Shown here piece by piece: positions 51,817 through 64,000 of a stretch of DNA of 64,000 bases. Both the position numbers and the translations under genes were made by a program. Source of the stretch: Rhodosorus marinus CCMP1338 (Eukaryota > Plantae > Rhodophyta); contig JAMWBK010000003.1 of NCBI GenBank assembly GCA_029953675.1, forward strand, positions 3,100,001-3,164,000. The letters are read 5' to 3'. The notes beneath the pieces are model-generated. The model did not search any database and had not been told where the DNA came from. It saw only the letters and a program-made list of their open reading frames with translations. Numbering within the stretch: position 1 is the stretch's first letter; every line of letters begins with the position of its first letter.

Positions 51817-52732
51817 CGCCAGGATCCAAAGAGTTCTGGAACTTGTCTATATACAGAACAACTTTTTAAGTTCTCAAAGCACTCCCGTCCTCCTCATCCC
51901 TCTCCCAAGCCCTGCAGAAGCCTCTTTGCCGGACGTAGACACCTTGAGAACCGGACATTAGGTGTCAGAGTTGACTGGTCCAAGGCAGCAGCCGGGCGTT
52001 CTCTTTTCGAAATCTGGATCCTGTCGTCGCCTCTTTAGAATACCCAAGTCGTTCAGGAAACTGCCTCTCAAGAGACTGCTGAGAAACGGAGAAGGGATGA
52101 TACCGGTTTCGGTCACGGTTTGTTGGACTCGTTTCTTTTGGAGTCTCAAATGATATCCTCTATAATACTGAGAGTGTCGCATAAGGACTTCAGTTACGCT
52201 CTAGCAAGTGCTCTTCAGCTCGCCCCTCTTGGATAAGTTCTGGCAACATGTCGCGCTCAGAGCGACTCGGAGTGAATGCTTGGCTTGTCGGAATTGGAAC
52301 GGATGGCATGTGAAAAACACACATCTGCAGTACAAATATGGCAGGCTGATTCAGATGCGTAGAAGTGGCGATCTTGTTAACAGCTCTCGCGTGAATCTCA
52401 TTCGCGAAGAAAATCTTAATGATAGTTGCACGGGGCTGCAGTAGTCTCCTTTTGGACACTCAAACACTGCTACCGTGAAAGAGCATGTCTCCACTCGGCA
52501 ACACGTAGCTATACAGACGAACGCGAAGTAGTATAGCCCACTTCCCATGCGTTTCATTCTCACCGCAAGAGATTTTCAAGCAACCATTAGATATCTCTCC
52601 GCCTTTTGTTTATCGCACAAGTATTTATTCACAGGTATTGAGTATATGTGCATATCAACGAGCTTTGATGACTCTTGGACGGCAGCAGCAGCACCTTCCA
52701 GTAAAACGTTAATATAGTCAGAGTACTGGTGC

Positions 52733-55700
52733 TCAATTTTCCTTCTTTCCGGTTTGATCCATGAACACTGGCAGGTGGTCCTTAGGGTGTAGACAAACTT
52801 TCATGATACTGATAGCAGCTTTCTTGTCCAAGTTCTCGTTATAGTATCCACAACGTGTAATCTGTTAAGAAATGACAGGGCGAGAAGGTCGTGAGTGACA
52901 GCTTCGAACCTAGCCATTGTGCAGATTCTGGCCTCTTACCTGGATGCAGGATGGACAGCCTTCCTGGGTATTGCCGCATTCGCAAGTTTCCAGACGTTCC
53001 AGGGCGTAAACGAGTATCGACTCAATGTGCTTGGAGTATATCTCTCGAACAAGTCCGACACCGGAAGGAATGGTCTCATGGAGGAAGATCTGAGGTCGGC
53101 CAGTGCCGTCATGCAAGGAGACAGTCCAACCCGAAAGGTCTGACGACTCTAGCAACAGGAAAAGATGAGCAAGCGACTGAAGAAGATGCTCAATTGCGTG
53201 CAATCCGGCGAAGAACGAATCTTCGCTAAGCTCAGGGAAGTTCGTCATGGGAGGAATATCGATCCAGAGCGCAGAGGTCGTGTACTCAAGCGGCGGAAGG
53301 TCCAGCTTGACTTTGTCAAGATTCTGGCCGCACAGGATATTCACTTTCAGGTACGCATACACTGTTGTCGTCACATCCACCACGCCATGGTGAACCCGCA
53401 GAATACTATCTGGAAGCTTGCTGCTCCCCGCGACTGGAATTTCTCGGAACTCAGCCTCGGAAATGATCTTCACCCTCGTCTTGTCAAGGATTGACGTATA
53501 GTAGCCTGGATTATCCGAGACCTGCACCACAGTCGCGGTGCCCTCATCATAATCCAACTCCTTAACCATGTAAGTTCTGCCAGAGTTCAAGTAGACAGCC
53601 CCCGGATGCACGAAGAACATGGCTTTGCTCGATTCAATCTGCTCTAAAACATCGCCGGAGCGTTGAACCTTAACAGTGATTTGATTATCATCGATGAACC
53701 TTATAGAAAAGTTACGTTCCATTTTCTTTCCACTTGCAGTCAAACGAAACGTTCCTCCGTCCTCCATTTCCATTTCCCCGGAGTAGACGAGGTTCATCAC
53801 TTCCTCTATTCCAGGTCCACCAAAGAACTCCAGAATGTCCTCCTGGGAATAGCATGATTTTTCTGCGACCGCGCATACAAGGTGCTTCCGAAGCAGAACG
53901 TTGTTCGCAGGATCGATTGTCACAGCTTCCGGCAGCTCACGAAATAGGTGATCTGCGTGCTTCCCGTAATGTTGATCAAGGGGAGAATCCATTAAGACCA
54001 GAACGGATATAGAAGCCTCCTTGCGCGGCACTCTGCCAGCCCTGCCGATCTGTTGTCGAAGTGCAGAAATCGAGCCAGGAAACCCCAAGTGGACGGAAGT
54101 CTCCAAGTCTCCGACATCGATTCCGAGCTCCAGAGCATTCGTAGAAACGACAGCTTGGATTGAACCCGTTTTTAATGCAGATTCAATTTTTCGGCGCTCT
54201 GTTTTCAGGTACCCGCCTCTGTAGGAGCGGATCTGAGATCGCAGATGCGAAAGGCCCTTGCCATCGAGAAGCTCCAGCACCGTTTTCGTCGTAATCTCCA
54301 CGAGCTTTCTAGATGCTGAGAATGCAATGACTCTTTTATCCGCTGACATGAAGTGTCCAATAATTCGCGCGGTCTGGAACATGGAAGATCGGCGTATGCT
54401 TTTCGATCCTTTGACCTCGGCCTTTTTCCTCCAGCCGGTTTCGTCCTCCTCCTCTTCTTCCGCCCCTTGTTTCAGTGGAGGGTTCCAAATTAGTATGGTC
54501 CGTGCCGCCTTCGCGGACCCGTCTTTATCTACCGTGTGTATCGAGCTCCGCCCGCAGAGACGCTCAACATGCTCCTTCGCATTCGACACTGTTGCTGAGC
54601 AGAAGGTCATTCGAACGTTGGTATTGTATTCTCTTTTGCATAGCGACAGTAGTCTTCGCATCACCATCGCACAATGTATACCGAAAGCTCCTTTGTACAC
54701 ATGAGCTTCGTCAATCACAACCAGCCGAAGCCCGGAAAGGAACCTCTTCCATTCTCTGTGCTTCGGGAGCACAGTCACGTGGAGTATATCTGGATTCGTA
54801 ACGATCAATCTGGCCTTTTCCCTAACTAGCTTCCTCTGGTAGCCGTATTCCACATCTCCATCGAATGGTTGCACTTCATCGGCCTCCAACAGCTTGCTTT
54901 TCACGAAGAACTCCGCCGCAGCCTGCAGCTGGTCTCGTGCCAGAGCCTTCGTGGGGAATATGTACAAGGCGGTGGCATTCGAATCCGATGCAAAGTACTC
55001 TCCCGCAGCGATATTGTAACAGAGCGATTTCCCGGACGCCGTTGCAGTCGCGAGCATCACGTCCATGTCGAGTCGGAGCAAATGGTCAACGGCCTCCGCC
55101 TGATGCTTGTAAAATTTGTGCTTTTCAATGCCCAGAGCTCGACATCCTTCAACGACCTTCGGGTGAAGATCATACTTAAGCTCACCGTATACCGGTGGAG
55201 CCCGATTCTCAACTTCCATGTGAACCACCTGATCTTTATACCAATCGGTCTGTACCAGCGATTGAAGCGTTCCACTCCGTGCAGCCACCATTGATCTGGT
55301 ATCACCGGGCTCCGCACCCTGGACAAGTGATTCCTCATGTAAAGCTACTTCTGGGATATCAGGTGCGTTAAGTGAAATCTGCGAGCTCCAACTAGTGCGG
55401 TCATCGGGTTGATGTTCCTCGTTCAACCATGACATGTACTCCTTAAACTCGCAGCTTAGATAATCGTACAGACGAGTTTCAAAGTTCTTGTTGAGTTTCC
55501 CGATCTCTTGCGCGACTCTCGCTATTCCCAAACTGCGCTTCTTCGAGTGGTCGTGATTGAGACTCAAGCTTACAGATAGTTCTCGCTGCGAATTTCCGTG
55601 CTCGTCCTGGACCAGCTGCAGTCTGAGTTTAACCTGAAGAGAAAGAAGAGGTGGCCATTGTGAGTCCCGTTGGTGCATTCCTTCTGTTTCACTGCAACGA

Positions 55701-56091
55701 CGACGAGAGCCAGTGTGGGCAGTCCACGTACAGACTCTGGATCGACGGTCGCGAGTTGACGAAGATGTCTTTCTGTGAATTCTCTTCCTCCCAATTGGTT
55801 TTCTACAGTCGCCTTTAGCGTTTTCAAGTTTGTGGGAATGCCTCGCCGCTGCAATAGAGCGGACACCGTTGCCACCGCCCCATGGATCGCGATTAAATCC
55901 GTGTACTTCACTGGCAGGGGTTTCTGAACAGGCGAGAATGCAGCAGGGCCGTGCTTAAGCGCGATGCCGTAGATAGCAAAACTTCATCAATGACCACAGC
56001 AAACACAAACCTTAGTAGGAGGGCCAGAAGCTAGCCTTTTGCTTGGTTGGCCCTTTTGCTTCCCTGAGTTGGTCCTTTTTCTCGCAGTCAT
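52733..56091 (-). CDS. HRQ1: Hrq1/YprA-like RecQ4-family DEAH helicase with DUF1998 zinc domain
   Basis: YKHQAEA, TATASGKSLCYN, ALYIFPTKALARDQ, TNPDILH, VVIDEAH, YRGGY, STNALELGIDVG, QQIGRAGR, VHPGAVYL, C.C...GCPSCIQ|ITRCGYYNENLDKKAA. Exon 1 (MTARKRTNSG...) starts at ATG 56091. Confidence 0.94.
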
Positions 56092-57336
56092 TTCGTGTAC
56101 ATGATGCCAAAAAACCTTCAACTCCAATTTCGAGTCTACACCAGTTCTTTCCGTCTCTTAAGAACTCAGCAAAAATCCAAACCGGATGAAGCGAAGACTC
56201 ATCCAGTTCAGCTCGATGAACAACTGCACAAAACTTCGTATCATGCTTCTCTCGTTCCAGCTAAGATAATCCTTTCCAGGAGTCCTTTACCTCAAGGACC
56301 TTCAACAGGTCCAGACGCCTTCAGCGACTCTGAGCCGAACTTCGGAACCCCCTCAAAAACTGAGCCTGTTTTCCGCCACAGCATTCGCTCACATGAGATA
56401 CAATCCGATCCTATATAAACGAAAATAATTTCATAATTATGCCATTTTCAAACAAATTATTAATATTTTCAATATTATTGGAAATTATGTTTAAATAAAC
56501 AAACGCTTGAGGAATACTAACATTTAATTTAGGAGAGTTTGTAACGGCAGTTTATGGTGGAGGGTTGTGGCAAGAGTTCGAGAGTTCAGAGTTTATTGAC
56601 GTAAACTGCACATGTGCGCTATGATTGAGGCCTCCTCCGAATAGACAGAGCAGTCCGAGTGGAAATGGAATTATCAGCACTATTGTCCTAGGCTAGAGGT
56701 ACCTGCTCAATGCTTGAGCTGGACATGGTAGGAACCTGATTCGGTGATTGTGATAGAAAAAGACGGCGAACTACTGCAGTGGGATTGGAATGGTTTCAAT
56801 CCCTGCGGATGCCGCCGGCTCGAAGATTAGGGTCATTAGCTGGGATTAGAGTGCATGCACAAGTTTTTAGAATACGCGCACGAGTTTGTAATCGTCCTAC
56901 CCTACGAAGCTGTACTTGGTGCAGTTCATACGTTGCTGTACTTTCCAGTCCTAAAGAGATTCGTCCGCATCCTTCGGGTCTTCCTTCTGGCGCGTGTTGG
57001 GTGTTGGTGAACATGCACTCAGAAGCCTTCCACTTTGTATGTCGATTCCTTGCGTTGTCCTCTTCAAATAAGATTGACGTCGTTGATCGGTCGACGAATC
57101 TATCGTCTTCATGTCAAAGTTAAGCAGTTCAGCAGTTGGCATAGCGTCTGATCCAATGGTACATGTTGTGATTGACGGCTTTGAACATGTGGAGGTGTTC
57201 ACGTTAGTCTGGGGTAAATGTGCCGGATCCTAACGTCGATGGCGGAACTAGGGTTTCTTATCCGTTTATCCAACGGAGAGTGAAGGTAGGTAGGTGCTGA
57301 GGAGAGAATTGGGCTGTTGAAGAAAAAGAGAACGAA

Positions 57337-57817
57337 ATGGGAAAACAATCTGATGTGATGAAGAGCAACGAACAAGAGAGTGGTGAGCGCTCATCTCATT
57401 TTGATGTGCAAACAGACAATTTCGAGTTCGAGGATGAAGAAGGAACGGCGATCGCCAGAGTGCAAAATCTGTAGGGTGTTCAGCTCCGGACTTGTATTTT
57501 CGCTTGACCTTATGTTTCGCTTGTTTTTACTGAGTTCGCTTTTTGACTACTGTTTTCAAACTGGTTAGCCTGGACGGTGCGAAAAAGTATGTACTACAAC
57601 CGATGCTCATCGGATTCTCAGCAGCGTTTGGAATGAGCGTTGGTAAGCTTCTAAACTCTAACTTCTTCCGGCGCTCCAGGAAGTTGCAAAATTGGAGCAA
57701 ACTGGTCCATTTCTTCCGATCGTCGCCTAATTCCCTTGGCTTTGCTTCTCGACTGCAGGGTATGCATTCTATGACTATACGCTATCATTGCTGAAGAGGA
57801 CAAAGGCGGAGACCTGA
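57337..57817 (+). CDS. Small single-pass membrane protein (about 77-88 aa), Mim1/Tom13-like motif spacing
   Basis: Canonical introns 57471-57568 (phase 2) and 57643-57758 (phase 1) give an acidic N-terminus + LLDGAKKYVLQPMLIGFSAAFGMSVGYAFYDYTLSLLKRTKAET*. The gene model is well supported; the family call is tentative. Confidence 0.65.
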
Positions 57818-58308
57818 TAGTGGAGTACCAACTCGTAACGAAGGCTACGTCGTGGAAAACGACGAGCTGGTTTGTAACACATATCTCAACGAAGTTGGAG
57901 GACCAGATCCTGCGCTGGAATGTTCGATTTTTGGTTTAAGCAGTCTGCAACCGATTCGACCTCGTTCGTTTCCATGCCTCACGTGAGAGCAGAGGGTCAA
58001 GTCAAAGGTGCCGGTGCGCCCCGCAAGATCTCTAAATGAAAGTAAAGATCCAACTCAGCTGGTGACAAGCTTTCATGGGAGAACCCTATTCTCTCCGACA
58101 ATGATGACTTTCACATAATCGTGACCTCCGATCATTGGATGTTTCATTATGACCTTCGAGATACTCTGGACTTCTACTGCCGCTCGGAGTGAAGGTGCCA
58201 GGAGACGTTGCACGCGGAGCACCTGCAGAGGAAACCGTATCAGATATCCTGACTCTTTAGTGATTCCGGCTCAGTCCTACATAATCCAGTCTGGGGTTTC
58301 CTTGAGTA

Positions 58309-59370
58309 TTAAATAATGGAGCAGGAAAACGGCTTTATAATTCGTCGATTCCTGTAGTACTGGGCCACAGACATCTTCGCCCCGCGTTCATTGGCGGACG
58401 CTGGGCTGGCCTCGATCGCGCTGTCGTACGCAAGGTGCTCAAGCCGGAGCTCAGTAAAACCTGGGGGAATTGCGATAATGGAGCCATTGTTTGAGATGTC
58501 CAGCTTTTTCAGACTTGTCATCGTTCCCATTGTCACAGGCAGCTCTTTTAGTTCGTTGCCGGCAATGTAAATCTCCTCGAGACTAGTCAGCTCAGAGATT
58601 TCCTCAGGGATCTGCTTGAGATTGGTCCGGCTCAGGTCGAGCCGTCGAAGCGATTTCAGCCGAGTCACTATGTTCGGAAAATCACCAAAGTCGTTCATCA
58701 TGAGGGCAAGCGACCTGAGCTGCTCGAGATTTTCGAGTTCTTCGTGAAGCAGTTCAATTTGGCACGATGCAAGACCAAGGCTCTTCAGGCTCCTAAGCTC
58801 AGTGATGATAGTGGGGAGTTGAGGTCCGAGTGGGTTCCCGGAGAGAAAAAGTTCTTCTAGTTCGAGCCGCCCAACGGTAGCCGGGAGCGATGTCAGTTTG
58901 TTTCGCGCCGCAGATAGGGAGCGGAGACGAGGGAAGGCCTTTGAAAAGTTTTCAGGCAGCGCCTGGATGCAGTTGCCCGAGATATCCAGGCTGAGCAAGT
59001 TTGGAAACTCCGAATCACACAGCGTATCAATAAGGCCATTCTCCTCGCGATTATTATTTGCCAGAGTCAGCTCCTTCAGGTTGTGAAGTCTTAGAACCGT
59101 GCGCGGCACTCTACCGAAACGATTGTCGCTCAAGTCAAGTTTGGAAACTGACTCGGGAAAAATACCTTCCGCAATGTGTTGCTCCTGAAGTCCATTTGAG
59201 GATGCAAGGACGCAATCAACATCCTCTCGGCCGGGGATTCCCAAAGCCTCCCTCAGAAACTCGCTAAATCCAATCCCAAGATCAAGCTCGCTCACATCCA
59301 AACTCCCATGACGAAATTCTCCAAACTCTTTCTCCTTTCTCTTCAACGCTTCTATGAAGGTCTCGCTCAT
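58309..59370 (-). CDS. Leucine-rich repeat protein
   Basis: 353-aa ORF with about 10 LxxLxLxxN repeats (LKELTLANN, LLSLDISGN, LRSLSAARN, LEELFLSGN, LRRLDLSRT, LKKLDISNN). Confidence 0.9.
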   Translation of the reverse strand: MSETFIEALKRKEKEFGEFRHGSLDVSELDLGIGFSEFLREALGIPGREDVDCVLASSNGLQEQHIAEGIFPESVSKLDLSDNRFGRVPRTVLRLHNLKELTLANNNREENGLIDTLCDSEFPNLLSLDISGNCIQALPENFSKAFPRLRSLSAARNKLTSLPATVGRLELEELFLSGNPLGPQLPTIITELRSLKSLGLASCQIELLHEELENLEQLRSLALMMNDFGDFPNIVTRLKSLRRLDLSRTNLKQIPEEISELTSLEEIYIAGNELKELPVTMGTMTSLKKLDISNNGSIIAIPPGFTELRLEHLAYDSAIEASPASANERGAKMSVAQYYRNRRIIKPFSCSII

Positions 59371-59599
59371 TCAGACCTTAAAACGCCCTCCACTCTGTTC
59401 CAAGTTTCACTAAGAAGGGTTTACCAATGCCTCACGATTCTACTCGCGCCAAAAAGAAAACCGAATAGTGCAGAATTACTGGATCTCAAAATGTCCCTAC
59501 TGCTGAGTCTTCATCTAGCCAGACTTATCCCCTAAAAAGACGAATACACAAAAATGGGAATCTGGAACTTCACCGTCCAGCGCACCCTCAAGAGCTCCT

Positions 59600-60291
59600 T
59601 CAATAGACGACTATAAAAAACAGATGATTCCGTACGCATGTTGGGCGATTGGCACTTCTGTTGTTGGCTTGCGATCGCTGGTTGATCGATCTCCGCTATC
59701 TACAATTCAAAAGTGTAGAGTATAGAGCGACGTGTCTTTCCTGATGCTAGGTCCGCCTGAGGTCTTGGGAAGGCGAGTTACGCGACCGTACATAAGTTTG
59801 AGGATGGTTCGTGGTCTCCCAGGGGGAAAGGTGGGTCCCAGATGGGATATGCGCTGCCATGAACTCTCGAGACCCGAAGAGGGTGTTCGGGATTACGTTA
59901 CGGATAGAAAGAGTGGATCATGTCTCTCGGTTTCCTGGCCTCTATTCCCATGATGATCGATGTTCCCGCGTTGCAAAAGACGATTCCACAACACGTGTCC
60001 CCCACCTGCATATATTGCATATACTGGCACCACTCGACATGTTAAGCCTTGTGAGATCACCTTTAGTTCTGGCTCTCGAGCGGCGACAATTTGAGCACTA
60101 GGAGCTGCAAAAAAGTCATGATTCATATGTTCGAGGCTGAAAGTGGTTAAATACTCTGCCGTCAACATCCAACGTCGTGAATGCGAGTCGCGAGTGTCCC
60201 ACAAGGGCTTGGCGCTCGATGTTGGTGGTGGAACTTTAATGGTTACCAGGGCGGCGCTAGCCGATGAAACAACTTGTTTGGGGTATCTCAA
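59600..60291 (-). CDS. Possible small multi-exon hypothetical gene
   Basis: Frame-compatible GT-AG joins can be drawn (EPELK|VGDTCCGIVFCNAG...SFYP|AYPIWDPPFP...). No family recognised. Confidence 0.25.
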
Positions 60292-60449
60292 GCTTCAGAT
60301 CTGATACTTGCATGTTGTAGGTTTCGTAATGCATTTGAGAGGCAATTTGTACTCGATTTGCTGTGTTTAGAGGAATGGATCAGTGAGGTGAACAGGGTTT
60401 TGACATGACTTCGGCGATGTAAATGTATGCGATGTATTGGTTTTGAAGG

Positions 60450-62955
60450 ATGGAAACGGATACGGATGGGACTTTGGGCTCCGAATTGAGCTCTGCTGTG
60501 AACTCCATGGACAGAGTCGAAGGAGATCGGGAGTTCGTGGAAGACTCGAAAGCTTTGGACAGGCTAAAGGACGATGTTGCTTTTTGGAAGAGCAAGTCTG
60601 AGGAGCTGGAGGATGAGGTGTCCAGACTGAGGGTGATGTTGGACGGGGAGAGGAAACTGCGAGCGGACTCGAAAAGAAAAAAAGTTGTCGTCGTTCCGGT
60701 TGAACATGTGAGGCATACTGTTCGGGAGCTTCTGCCTTCCGACCTCCGCGCCTGTCCTGAAGTGGCCATTGACGCGCTCATGAAGGGCTTCACAACTCGA
60801 AAGGACTTGTCGGACCTCGGAGACGTTTGCTCACATATTAACCAATCGAGATCATACCAGATCATCGAAAGCTTCTTTAGAGTCGTGGTTGAGGTTTTGG
60901 ACACGAAGAAAGAGCATCTCAAACAGAGGGACGCTCAGCTGTCTCCTGAATGGTACAAGGAACCCTGGTATGTACTCCAATATAATGGTAACTTGAGAAA
61001 ATCGGCAAGCTTCTTCGACAGCTTGATGGACTACCTCGAAAAGCTTGGATTCCGAAATCTATTGCTGCACTCCAGGACAGCTCTCCCCGCAGATGAAATA
61101 CCGCACGGGGTTGGTGATGATTACAGCGAGTTCGTAGAGAAGGCATCGAGAAGAGGTTTCAGAGTTGCTACTGAGGCCGTCTTGAGCGAGACGTCGGTGG
61201 ACCACAGCTGGTTCCGAACAGCAGTCAACGGGTCTCAGCGGTATGCGGACTACTACGTGCAGGTGAACGGTAGAGAAAAGATAAACGAGTTTGTTCGGGA
61301 TGGTGATGTAGTTTGTACCTATCGTGATCCCGATGGTCTGGTGCAGCAGCTGGTTTGTTCCCATCCTGGAATCGACAGGACCCATGGGATATGGGTCGCC
61401 ATCCAGGGCAAAACATATCAGTTCTTCAGGGATTCCTATCCAGATCGAGTGAAACTCAACCTTCGAAATCCGCTTCTATTGGAAGAAATTTTCAGATTGT
61501 TGGGTGAAGAGTTCTCTGCGGGAACCCTTGGAAAACGATTCAGTAAGGTTGACAAATGGTTGCTGCATAGGAGTTCACCGGTGGACGGGGTGGGCGATGA
61601 ATCCCACGCCCTAGTGGCGCTTTTCAAGAGCCTCATAAGGCATCTGTGTCCCATTGGCATTGTCCTTCCAGATGCTGCAAAAGCTGAGGATTTGCTGGCT
61701 TCCTTCGCCGGAATGAGAACGACGATAGCTCGGAACCAATGCTCATCCGAAGGCGACCTAGTGGGTGCTCATGGTTTGCGCGGCGCATTGTTTCACATGA
61801 TTCTAATGGAGAACATAGCTCCGTTCTGGAGAGTTTTGTCAAAGATGCCGCAGCTACCGCCTGGAGCATCCTGGACGAATTTCCTTGAGCACAACGAGGC
61901 GTACGATATGTTTCTTCATCCTATTGGTGTGAGAGAAAGAATCCTGGAATCGTTCCCTTCGAAACAGCTTCAGATTCGTAAGCAAAGCCATCAATATGCG
62001 GGCAGATTGATGGACTGCCTTGATAAGAATCAGCGTAGATTGGCTGGAGCGATATTTTGCCTGTACGTAACTCCTGGAGCGCCGTCAATCTTTTCTGGAC
62101 TGGAGCTTGGGTAAGCACCCCGCGTCTGCCACTCAAGGACCCCACAATACGCAAGTTCTCCCGAGTGGTCCCTCACTACCGATGTCAAATCCGTGGCCGT
62201 TCTTTCTGTTAGCAAAAGCAGTGGCACCCAGTACGCCCAGGAACAGAAGGTTCTCAGATGCGAATTGCTGAGATCCTCCGGATTTATGGCAGACGAGGAG
62301 GATTGCTATGAGATACGCGACCTTCATCGGGCTCCTCTGACAGAGGAGGATATTCAACAAGCTGATTTCGCACACTCCAGCGTTATTCAACTGATCCAAA
62401 GACTGAACCAACTAAGCATGAAGTGCTCGGCCCTGAGCTCCAACCAGGTAGGTGTCCCCATCGTGGACAAAGCTTTTTGCTGGGGCAGATTTGTCCGAAA
62501 ATGAAGACGTTCCTAATCGCACTGGTCGCTTCCCATCTCTCATCAAAACCTGCGTAGGCCTACCCTATTGAAACTACTCAACTGCAAGTCGTGTGTTTAA
62601 TTCGAGCCGATAAAGAGTCAGTTGTACTCTGTCTGGCCAACGTTTCCTGCCAACCGCGTTCTTGCAAGATTCCAAAGTGGCAGATAAATCGCTACACGGA
62701 TGTTCGTTCCTCTATGCAAAGCTCAACTGGGACACGATTGCTGGACAAGACCTGACCATTGTTTTCTTTAATCCCCCTGTCGTTTTACAGTCTCCGAATA
62801 CCTCTCAAGGACTTGTTCATGACCTGCTGACTAATGACTACTTGAGCCTCGAGCTGGAGGATGGTATCTATAATTTGACATTGTCACCGCATCAATGTCT
62901 AGTTCTCGACATGCGTGGGCGCGGTGGTGACAGCAGTGAAGGCCCTTTAATTTAA
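60450..62955 (+). CDS. GH13 trehalose synthase (TreS)/amylosucrase-like protein with N-terminal coiled coil; catalytic residues substituted
   Basis: Colinear with TreS from memory: PEWYK, DYLEKLG, RGFRV...TSVDHSWF, LNLRNP, ESHAL, PQLPPGASWTNFL, TPGAPSIFSGLELG, RDLHRAP, VLCLAN, LTLSPHQ. Splicing of the last exons is approximate. Confidence 0.8.
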
Positions 62956-62994
62956 TATATGTGAAGTTTGTACAAAGCCCAATTTTTTGGGGTG

Positions 62995-64000
62995 TTAATA
63001 GATTCCCGCATTAGGTTGCGGAGATGCTGCCGGAAGGCTTGACACGCTAGGACGGCTCCGAAAATCAATATGATCCTGTAAAATAAGTTCTCGTGTAAAG
63101 AACTTCCGATTTTGCCCGGAAACTCGATCAGATCTTCTCTTTTCGTACGGGTCAAACGATGCCGGACGCGCTGGTCTGGCGAGTAGGTCGCGTGTCTGTG
63201 CATGGTGAGCAGATGTTTTCACCCTGTAATAGTGCAAGAGCATGTTAGAGATATCCGATGCGGCATTTTGTGTTAAAGCCACAGCAAATCTTACCCCGAG
63301 CTCAGCAATTTTGACCGAAAGCAGGTCACGGACAGATGGAGACATTTTCTTCAAGCTAAATGATAAGCCGCTTCTCGGGTTATCTACCGCAAACTCGCAT
63401 AGATTTTCAAGCCCTTCGTTAACAGAACCCACCGAATTAATCTTCTTCAAGATATCTGATAATCGGCTGTTGAGGACTACGGCGCTCTTCTCCTGGTTGG
63501 GGTTTGGCGCCGGTGTCATGCTGCTTTTGGCGCTGTTGCCGGCAGGATCAAAATCAATGGTGAGCTCGTCAGTTGCTGCTAACTTGTTGTGGTTGTCCAT
63601 TGAACCGAATGCACTTTTATGTCTGTCCAATACCTTTCTGCGACCACCATTCGTTCGCCGTCTTTCCGACTGCAACCTTCGCGGAAACCTTGTTTCCGCA
63701 GCATTGTTTCGATGTCAGCGAGGATTGGCGGTTTCGTTTCCGTAGGTACCTGGGAAAGGAGCTCGTAAACCCGTTCACCCTCTAATTTGATCAACTCGTT
63801 CAATATTGTACGCACGCATCGGAGAGGAAGGAAAGCATCCTCTATGCGAGAATTTGCGCTTCGTCGCTCGTGTAAGGCGAGGAACACATGGGCGTCTCTC
63901 AGAAGCGATGGTTTATGCACACCCTCAAAGTTGCTTCGGGTCAACTTCACAAGGCACTTTACGCAGGTCCGCATGCTCCTTGAAATACTCTGACTCGGGA
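62995..64000 (-). CDS. XMAP215/ch-TOG/MOR1 microtubule polymerase, C-terminal part only; gene continues beyond the right edge
   Basis: VKCLVKLTR...LLRDAHVFL...PLRCVRTILNELIKLEG and LSDILKKINSVGSVNEGLENLCEF resemble the ch-TOG/MOR1 C-terminal helical domains. The exact stop is uncertain. Confidence 0.8.

Noticed and set aside
51900-52563. Short Cys-rich ORFs between TRM61 and HRQ1
   Set aside because: No coherent model; compatible with UTR or promoter sequence.
52733-52860. Segment CGYYNENLDKKAAISIMK as a separate gene (first read as a proteasome beta subunit)
   Set aside because: It splices in frame to HRQ1 (CPSCIQ|ITRCG) and completes the DUF1998 zinc site.
56779-57202. Short ORFs on both strands in the HRQ1 / small-gene interval
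   Set aside because: No family motifs; they lie in a divergent promoter region.

Overview
A gene-dense, intron-containing eukaryotic nuclear window. Short GT-AG introns (mostly about 45-140 nt), AT-rich intergenic islands and plastid-type genes with MAF/MxGFV-like N-termini (fibrillin, phytyl ester synthase-like, MsrA, aminopeptidase P) point to a unicellular alga, probably a red alga; this is inference only. Genes in order: midasin (runs off the left edge), Brr6/Brl1-like, Rad16-like SNF2-RING, bacterial-type M28 peptidase, fibrillin, YIF1, divergent cyclophilin, aminopeptidase P, two MsrA paralogs, GH47 mannosidase, DUF2817, GGCT-like, phytyl ester synthase-like, prephenate dehydratase, OST3/6, TRM61, HRQ1, a small Mim1-like membrane protein, an LRR protein, a TreS-like GH13 protein and the 3' end of XMAP215/ch-TOG (runs off the right edge). 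No tRNA, rRNA, CRISPR array or intact mobile element was recognised. Four observations stand out and need hand-splicing to see: (1) aminopeptidase P reads through a canonical intron into a ~250-aa low-complexity linker plus RR-hydrophobic segment that may join the cyclophilin; (2) a GGCT domain can splice in frame onto the phytyl ester synthase; (3) the TreS-like protein has all three catalytic carboxylates substituted and an added coiled coil; (4) the small membrane protein has the motif spacing of fungal Mim1. All gene models were spliced by eye and no database searches were run.
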